A model generated the notes under the pieces. That model had not been told where the DNA came from, did no database searches, and was given only the letters and a program-made list of their open reading frames with translations. A stretch of 64,000 nt of DNA, from NCBI GenBank assembly GCA_036785375.1, contig JAWMAR010000006.1, positions 13,144,001 to 13,208,000 on the forward strand, written 5' to 3'. Within the stretch, counting starts at the first letter, position 1, and every line of letters starts with the position of its first letter. This document shows, piece by piece, positions 56,041 through 64,000 of the stretch. A program made the translations under genes and the position numbers. This DNA is from Leucoraja ocellata (Eukaryota).

Positions 56041-57029
56041 CTGTTTCTCCAGAACATAGACGGCAGAGAGGTGACCTTCTAAGGGCTTATGAAATATGAA
56101 GGGCAAAGATAGGGTAGATAGTCACAGTTTTCTTTTCCACGTTAGGATTAAAGTGGAACAGAGGGGTAAGTTTTTCACACAGAGAATGGTACGTACATGG
56201 AAAGATCCGTCAGAAATTGGGGTAGTGGCAGGTGCAATTATGTTGGCCAAAGGCCTGTTTTGGTGCTATATGACACAAGGGAGGGAAGGTTGGAGCAATT
56301 GGACTTATCAACACCAATATTAACTGGTTTCTTGGGTAGCTGGAAAATGCCAGTTGTAAATCTGAAAATAAATAGCTGTCGAGTAATTCCTTTCCTATTA
56401 TCTAATGGCATTAAAACAGCATTTTGTTTTTGCCTTAATCATGTTTTAAAAGTGCTGTGACAATTCAAATCAACATTTTCTAAGTTCCAAGAACACTCTT
56501 ATTGGACTTTATTTTACATTACTGTGATGTATCAGTTTCAGAAAGTGGTATCATTTTGACCTATTGCAAGATTACATAGATGCTGGCACATAGCTTTGCA
56601 GCACATGAGGCAGCCTGTAAAGGGAACTGAACAATATAAGCAGTACTCTTCCACAAATAGGAGAATATTGGTTCTTCAAGAACTGAAGTGAGGAGAGAAG
56701 GGACGAGTGCGTGGAAGGACCTGGAGACATTACCCATAGGAGGTGTGTTCTTTGTACAAAGGAGCAACACAGATCCTCAAGGACTTCAGACAGCCAGGCA
56801 CTTGTAAAAGCGGCTAGCTAGCCAGGGTTGTAATTAATATAATCAGCTTTTGGTAGGTACTTGGCTAGAAAGAGCATAGAGGGAAACAGTGTTAACGTAA
56901 GCTAATGGTTTTAATGTACGCATACATCACAGTTTCTAGGTTGAGGTGGGCCAAAGAGCCTGTTTCTATGTGGTGTACATTTCTGACTGAAATGAGTTTA
57001 ATTTATTAATTCTCCTGCAATTGCAAGAG

Positions 57030-57265
57030 TTGTTACACTTATCCCTATACCTCCTCCCTCACCTCCATCTAGTGTCCAATGTTCCCTTCTTTACATCAGC
57101 GAGACCAAGAGTAGACTGTTTTGTCCAACACACTTGTTTGCAAAGGCGTACTGGATATCCCGGTTGCTAACCATTTTTACTGTGCTTCCCGTTCCCATAC
57201 TGGCTTTTCTGATCTGAGCCTCCTCCAATGCCGGAGTAAGGCCACATACAAGCTGGAGGAACTAA
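57030..57265 (+). mobile_element. Penelope-like element GIY-YIG endonuclease relic
   Basis: Frameshifted LLYIxETKxRL followed by DIPVANHF...S(H)SHT...LLQCRSKATYKLEE. Confidence 0.7.
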
Positions 57266-57679
57266 ACCTCAACCTAGAAACTGTGATGTATACGTACATT
57301 AAAACCATTAGCTTACGTTAACACTGTTTCCCTCTAGATTTCATATTCAAGGCTTGCAACATCATGCCTGACATTAACTCATTTAACCTTTCTCCAAGAA
57401 TACATAGTGTGGCTTCAGCCCTTACTATGGTTTTTTTTTTTGTCACAGTTCCAGAGGTAGTCTGTTTATTGTTAACGTTTGGTAGTTTCTTGGTCTTGTT
57501 AATTAGGGCTTTATCAGCCCTGAGCCAGCTAACATTGACTCAATGCTTGACAAAAGTGCTGGAGAAACTCAGGGGGTGCGGCAGCATCTACGGAGCGAAG
57601 GAAATAGGCAGCTTTTCAGGCCGAAACCCTTCTTCCGACTGAACTCAATGCTTCCCTGTTTCCCTCGCCTTATATAGAA

Positions 57680-58150
57680 ACAGAGACCACAGAAAGGTAC
57701 AGCACCCCACTTTCTGTGACAACCACAATGCCAGTCTAATTAATCCCATCTGTCTGCATATTATCCATATTCCTCCATTTCCTTGTTCATGTGCCTGTGT
57801 AAATGCCTGTTAAATGTTGCTATTCTCTCTGCTTCTATAACCTCATCTGGCAGCACATACAAGGCACTTACTCCAATGCAAGAAAATACCTGCCTCGTGC
57901 ATCTCCTTTAAACTTTCCCCCATCTCACCTTAATCTGATGCTCTCGGGTATTTGACATTGCTGGAAAAAGATTCTGACTATCTACACCTCATAATTTTAT
58001 ACATCTATCTGAGGGAAGAAGGTCTCCCCCCCAGCCTCTGATAGCCCAGTGGAACACAATTCATATTGATTCCACCACTCCTTAATCCAAGTAGCATTCT
58101 GGTGAATAGCTTTTGCACCCTCCCTAAACCCCACATCCTTCGTATAATAC
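57680..58150 (-). mobile_element. Degenerate CR1/HER1-type LINE 3' fragment
   Basis: Reverse-complement similarity to the other CR1 copies in the window. Confidence 0.6.
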
Positions 58151-59575
58151 AATCAACAATACAGATTGGTTAGGCCTGATATTAAGATATTTTATTCTAC
58201 TCCAGCTTTGAATTGAGTATTTTTTTTTAATTTCCCTACAAAACCAGTAACAAAATGTGATTGAGGAGAATAAAGCTTCAGTTACTCAACAGCTTCAAAT
58301 TGAAACTGATTATGAACATAGCTTTAAACAGCTGCAAGGTACTCTTCAAATTACATGAACATCTACCATGCAGCTTCAAAGACTTGTGAAATATAATAGA
58401 AATCTAATTAGAAGCTAGTCAGTTAAATTTAATAAAGGTATGGTACTGGGTGATTTAATAAGTTGCAGTAGGACCCTGCTCAATTTTGAAGAAAGACGAT
58501 TTGCAGTTTGAGCACCTATTATCAAACATAATTGGCAGCAAGCAAAGAAGCATTCTAATCTGAAAGACAAATTACCTGACAGCTTCAAGGAGGGAATGTC
58601 AGAGCCGTAATACCCAGGCAGGACTTAAAATCAGGAAGTCAGAGACTAGAATTAGAAGGGTGAGCAAATACATCCAAGGAACTTGTTACAGAATTTTAGA
58701 CGAGTTAAATGGGTGTTAAATCATGGAGGAGAGTTTCAGTTAAAGATGAGTGAAGGTGGAGCAGCATTGGACAATGATTTAGAGGTGTAAGTAGGCGATG
58801 TTAGAGATTGTAGTTTGGCATTCATGGCTGGTTCATAAGATACGGCTGTGAATGGTCATCTCAGCCTTGGACAGCTGCCAACGAGTGGGAGTGTGATTTA
58901 ATTGAAATAATTTTCAGTTCTTCCAGGAACGAATGTCAGGCAAACAAAGTGATAAATTAAGCACTGGAGAGTTTGAGAGGGGTAAGCTTAAGTTGAGGCT
59001 TAATGCCATCATCATATGTATGAACCCGATGTGTGTTTGGATGATGTTAGTGGTAGCAACTGGATTGTAAAAAAAGGGGGAAAATTTAGTTTCTAGAAAA
59101 CATCAGAGTTACCAGTGCAGGACCAGGAAAACATTATTGCAGATGATTCTTTGATTATTACAGATAAATGAGAATGCAATCCCATGTTGCTGGATAACAG
59201 AAGTGTTGAAACTTTCTCAAATGATGTCAAATTATTCTAACAAATAATTAGAAACCAGTTTACAATGACAAGATCATTTAAATATCATTTGTAACAACAA
59301 TCTGCCTCTGGATAAATATTTTCTTTCTTGGATTCAAATGGGGTTGGGTAGTCACTATTTTTGTAATTTATAAGCACAAACCACCTTTCATTCTGTCTTA
59401 ATTGGCATTAAAGTGTTTGCATCCCATGACTGTGGTAAAAACACAATTGGAATGTCTTAGTGTCTAAATGTTTTCACCTGCCCTATGCTGTTATGATTGA
59501 AGGTTTTGTAGTTTCTCCACTCAAAATCTACTTTATTTTAAAAACAAGAATTTAGTTTGTTTCAAAACAGGGGTT

Positions 59576-60218
59576 ACATAGAAACAGAAACATAGAAAAT
59601 AGGTGCAGGAGGAAGCCATTCAGCCCTTCGAGCCAGCACCGCCATTCATTGTGATCATGGCTGATTGTCCCAAATCAATAACCCGTGCCTGCCTTCTCCC
59701 CATATCCCTCGATTCCACTAGCCCCATAGAGCTCTATCTAACTCCCTCTTAAATCTATCCAGTGACTTAGCGTCCACTGCCCTCTGTGGCAGGGAATTCC
59801 ACAAATTCACAACTCTCTGCGTGAAAACGTTTTTTCTCACCTCAGTCTTAAATGGCTTCCCCTTTATTCTAAGACTGTGGCCCCCGGTTCTGGACTCGCC
59901 CAACATTGGGAACATTTTTCCTGCATCTAGCTTGTCCACTCCTTTTTATAATTTTATATGTTTCTATAAGATCTCCCCTCATCCTTCTAAACTCCAGTGA
60001 ATACAAGCCTAGTCTTTTCAATCTTTCCTCATACGACAGTCCCGCCATCCCAGGGATCAATCTCGTGAACCTACGCTGCACTGCCTCAATCACAAGCATA
60101 TCCTTCCTCAGGTTAGGAGACCAAAACTGTACCCAATACTTCAGATGTGGTCCCACCAAAGCCCTGTACAACTGCAGAAGAACCTCTTTACTCCTACACT
60201 GAAATCCTCTTGTTATGA
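59576..60218 (-). mobile_element. CR1/HER1-type LINE 3' fragment
   Basis: ORFs 59869..60297 and 59718..59939 (LYRALVGPHLKYWVQFWSP...; FTQRVVNLWNSLP). Confidence 0.9.
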
Positions 60219-61228
60219 GGATTAAATGGACAAAATAGAATTTGTGTAGATGAAAGCTGGTGGAACTTTTGCAATAAATCCATATTTTAGTTAGCAATTA
60301 ATTCAAATTAATGTTTTTAATCCAATTTAGTAATAAGTTCTCCCTTCTACATTTTCACAATCATCCCAAATTTACCAGGTAAAACAAGAATCAAGAGTGT
60401 GGTAGCTTTGCGATTACTCTGGTTAATTATCAGTTCATTAGGGAAGCTAGGAAAATCACATTCTGGTAATTAAGTAAAAGGACTGCTATTTTTATTCGCC
60501 CTTGACCTACAACAGAGTCCTGATCTGCAATAAAATGGTTAAATTTTACCAGCCCTGTGAAGTAACACAGCAGCCTGGCACCAAGGATAATAAACACTAG
60601 CCACCTGTTATGCTCACATCCAATGATTATTAAGATTAATCTTAATTAAAATTTAAGATTTTAGACCAATCTAAAATAGTGAATTTGATTTTCTATGTCA
60701 GTTAATGTTCTTGAAGATGTGGATGAAAATTATTGTATACTATTTGAATATCTTAATCGATATATATAATCTGAAATATCGGTGTGTATATTGGATTCTC
60801 TGCATTGTTTTCTCAGACTAATGCTAACGGTGTTGGATAGTGGTAACACTTGGAACATCTGGCTCCTTTATGAAACATTGAGATCATTCAGGATAATATT
60901 TAGTTGAATATATCCAGAAAACAGGTGTCTCATTTTTTGTACGCTAAATATACTGAATTAGCATTTTCAAATATTACTTCATCTCTTACACAACTACATG
61001 AACAAATCCATAATGTGAATTTTATGAAAGGTAACAGAAATTTCAGTTTCTTTGTTTTTGATTTCTACAAGCTCTTAGCTCAAAAGTTAATGTACTTTTT
61101 TCCAATAATCTTGTGTCTAAATCTGTTTCTTAGGTCAACTGATATGTCTGTCTTCTGTGCATATTCTCACTCCAATTTCTTTTTCTTTACATTGTCGCCT
61201 GCCGTCTGGCTTTGATATCACAACTCAG

Positions 61229-61285
61229 TGCATGGTGGGAAGGGTATTAGGTTTACCCATAGCGAGGAGGTTTATCCTGAAAAGG
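61229..61285 (+). CDS. unc13a: unc13a 57-nt cassette exon in the MUN-C2C linker: VHGGKGIRFTHSEEVYPEK
   Basis: actcag| and |gtatgt, symmetric phase 1/1; similar to rodent VHGGKGTRFTLSEDVCPEM. Confidence 0.9.
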
Positions 61286-62026
61286 GTATGTCTGAGCGTA
61301 ATGTTGCCATTAATGGCAGCATTAGAATGTCTGGGCTTGAAACAACTGTTCAGTTGATACCTAAGTGGGGCATAAAAGAATCTAAAACTAAGCAACCCAA
61401 ACTGAGCAGTCCTTGTGCATGTTTTTGCAGCAAGCAGGTTTCTACAGATAATCAACACACAAAGTAGTGATTTGCTTGTTACATTTATAATTAGGGAGGA
61501 TTTTTTCATTTGAGTTAAAGAAAAGGTCTTTGCAAGACCCTGAAATGGAATTTCCTCTGAAATAATATTCAGTTTGTAAGGAGAGAAAAAAAAGTTTGAA
61601 TATCTTTGGAGGAATAGTAGCTTTTAGAAGATTTACAAAATCTATTGTTTTTGATAATATCACTGCTTGGCTACATAGTCTAATTTTTGAAGTCGCACCA
61701 ATTGGATTTAAACTCCCAACAAACTGAATTAAAGCATTTGTCATGCAGATTCGAATGTAGACTGGTGTCTGTTATTTTTAATTGCATCAAACTCACCAGA
61801 ACAGAACCAGTGGCATTATGGTGGCTGAAACATTGCTTGCACTGGGTTGGAGGGAGAGGAAATATTAACTGGTTAGATTTATGCATGTCACTCATGGCTA
61901 TCCCACTTAATAAATTAGTCGTTCACTGAGGCTCACTTCGCATACAGTGAGTTTTGCACCGAATGCTTTACACACAGTTAATAATCATAATTAAGAGGGC
62001 CTTCATATTTCTTTACAATTTTATAG

Positions 62027-62119
62027 GATCTGGTGTGGATGATCCGGTGGGAGAAGTATCTATCCACGTTGAGCTTTTCACTCATCCAGGAACTGGAGAG
62101 CACAAAATCACAGTGAAAG
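62027..62119 (+). CDS. unc13a: unc13a exon, C2C start: [31 protein letters not shown]
   Basis: ttatag| and |gttggt, 93 nt. Confidence 0.95.
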
Positions 62120-62224
62120 GTTGGTTGCAATACAATACGATAGAACTTTATTCATCCCCAGAGGGAAATTGGTCTGCCAACAGTCCATGAACATCATCCA
62201 CATCCTAGCTTTTTGACATTGATT

Positions 62225-62508
62225 AGTTTAGTTGAGAGATACAGTGCAGAATCAGGCCCTTCGGCCCATTGAGTCAACGTCGACCAGCGATCGCCGTACA
62301 CTAACACTATCCTGCACATACCAGGGATCATTTAACCAAAGCCAATCAACTTACAAACCTGTACATCTTTAGAATGTGGGAGGAAACCCGCATGGTCACG
62401 AGGAGAACGTACAAACTGCGTACAGTCAGCACCCGTGGTCAGGATCTAATCCGGGTTTCTGGTGCTGTAGCAGGAGTTCTGGCTACGACTCTACTGCTAT
62501 GCTACCAC
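62225..62508 (-). mobile_element. HE1-type V-SINE
   Basis: Reverse complement of head, V-domain and tail. Confidence 0.8.
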
Positions 62509-63116
62509 TTCAAAAACAATTATAGGTTTTCTCAGCAAATACATTCATCATAATAATGAGAGAAACAGAAGTAGGACTTGGCCACGCCATCCCTCGAGCC
62601 TGTCCCACCACTGATGGATCATATGCCTTAACGCAAACATTGCCACACAATACCCACATCTTTGGAATACCCGTGCAACCTTTGATCTCGGCCTTGAATA
62701 TACTGAATGAATGCACAGGCTTACAACCATCTGTGTGTGTATGTATGGGGAAGAGAGAAAATCTTCTTTTCCCAATTATCCTGAAATTATACTCTAAAGT
62801 TTTAGACAGAAATAAATCTCAGCATCTATCCCATCAGTTCTCCTCCACATCTCAGTAAATTCATTTTGCACTCTTGTAATGTCCAGTGCGTATAGGCTTA
62901 AACTCACTTTTTATAGGACAAGCTCCTGGACACTAGAAGATGCAACAGCCCAGTTGCTTCAGACTTTTTAGTATTTTTTTTTTGATAATTTTACCAGAAA
63001 TATACATTTATCATGTTCATTCTTGATCAGCCTGGTTTAAAAAACATTTAATATAACCATATCTATACTGCAATTAAATCTATACTCTAGTCTTAATCTC
63101 TTTTCCTTCCTTGCAG

Positions 63117-63276
63117 TTGTGGCTGCCAATGATCTAAAGTGGCAAACAACTGGTATCTTCCGTCCATTTGTCGAAGTTAATATGATTGGCCCTCACCTGA
63201 GTGACAAGAAGAGGAGGTTTGCCACTAAATCCAAGAACAACAGCTGGGCTCCAAAGTTTAATGAAACCTTTCAATT
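63117..63276 (+). CDS. unc13a: unc13a penultimate coding exon, C2C: [53 protein letters not shown]
   Basis: ttgcag| and |gtatgt, 160 nt. Confidence 0.96.
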
Positions 63277-63584
63277 GTATGTATATTTTTATTCTGCTTT
63301 TAGCAATGGGCCATTTAATATGGCCTGTTGGTTACTCTGAAAAGCATGTCAAATGTAGCCATTTCTTGTTTGAGTAGTGGGCAGCCATTTCAGTAACTCA
63401 CCTTATTCCCCCAATTGCTCAACTTCAGTCAACAGTGAATTTTTTGTAGTTTTGTTTTCCCCACATGAATTATTCACAGGAATCGGTCATATATTTAACC
63501 TACGCAGGGATCATTGGAGCAGAAATAGTGACATTTCAAGATGCATGCAAAATGAAATCGAAATTAGTTACAAATTAGATCCAC

Positions 63585-63790
63585 ACGAAACTGCAGGTGC
63601 TCAAATCTTGAGCAAAAGAATGTTCAGGAGAAATTCAGCAGGTCAGACAGCATCCAGTGGAGGGAATGGACAAACAATGTTTCAGGTCAGGACCCTTCTT
63701 TCAGACCCGAACCAAAACATTGCCAGTCCATCTCGTCACAAATGCTGCCTAAACTGCCAAGTTCCTCTAGCACTGTGCTTTGCTCAGATA
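63585..63790. repeat. Fold-back pair of Penelope-associated terminal repeats
   Basis: Minus-oriented unit followed directly by a plus-oriented unit; the core has one extra A (CTGAAAGA). Confidence 0.65.
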
Positions 63791-64000
63791 CAAAATAACT
63801 GCTTTGTTCAACTAATTTATGGTGGTTATCTAACGTGTTATCCTCTTCCCATATATCCGCCTAGTCTTCAGAAAGTCCATGTTATTACAGCCATTATTAT
63901 AATTCATTCAGAAGTACAACATTATGAGAGGCATAGATAGGGTAGACAGTCAGAACCTTTTTCCTAGGTGGATATGTCAAAGGCTAGAGGATATTGCTTT

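Noticed and set aside
63377-63940. 187-aa ORF
   Set aside because: Runs through a repeat fold-back and a CR1 start; it is not the unc13a last exon.

Overview
This is eukaryotic, AT-rich, repeat-dense genomic DNA from a cartilaginous fish, probably a skate or ray (inferred from HE1-type V-SINEs and HER1/CR1 LINEs). The whole window lies inside one + strand gene, unc13a (Munc13-1, a synaptic vesicle priming factor). I traced 26 GT-AG exons between 6391 and 63276, totalling 2779 nt in one continuous frame. They encode C2B, the MUN domain and most of C2C; the gene's 5' part and last exon lie outside the window. The set includes a 6-nt Met-Ile microexon with an SRRM4-type upstream signature, a 30-nt exon and a 57-nt cassette exon with RBFOX motifs. 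The introns hold CR1, L2, L1, Rex1/Babar and Penelope relics, V-SINEs, a Deu-domain SINE, and Helitron-, Harbinger- and Kolobok-like fragments. The most notable non-coding signals are: a dispersed Penelope-linked repeat carrying a minimal hammerhead-ribozyme core, intact only antisense to the gene; ~660-bp inverted CR1 copies bracketing an in-frame 213-nt exon pair; and a ~90-bp AT-rich inverted repeat. Homology calls and human exon numbers come from my recollection of the protein and repeat families, not from a search. Repeat boundaries are approximate.
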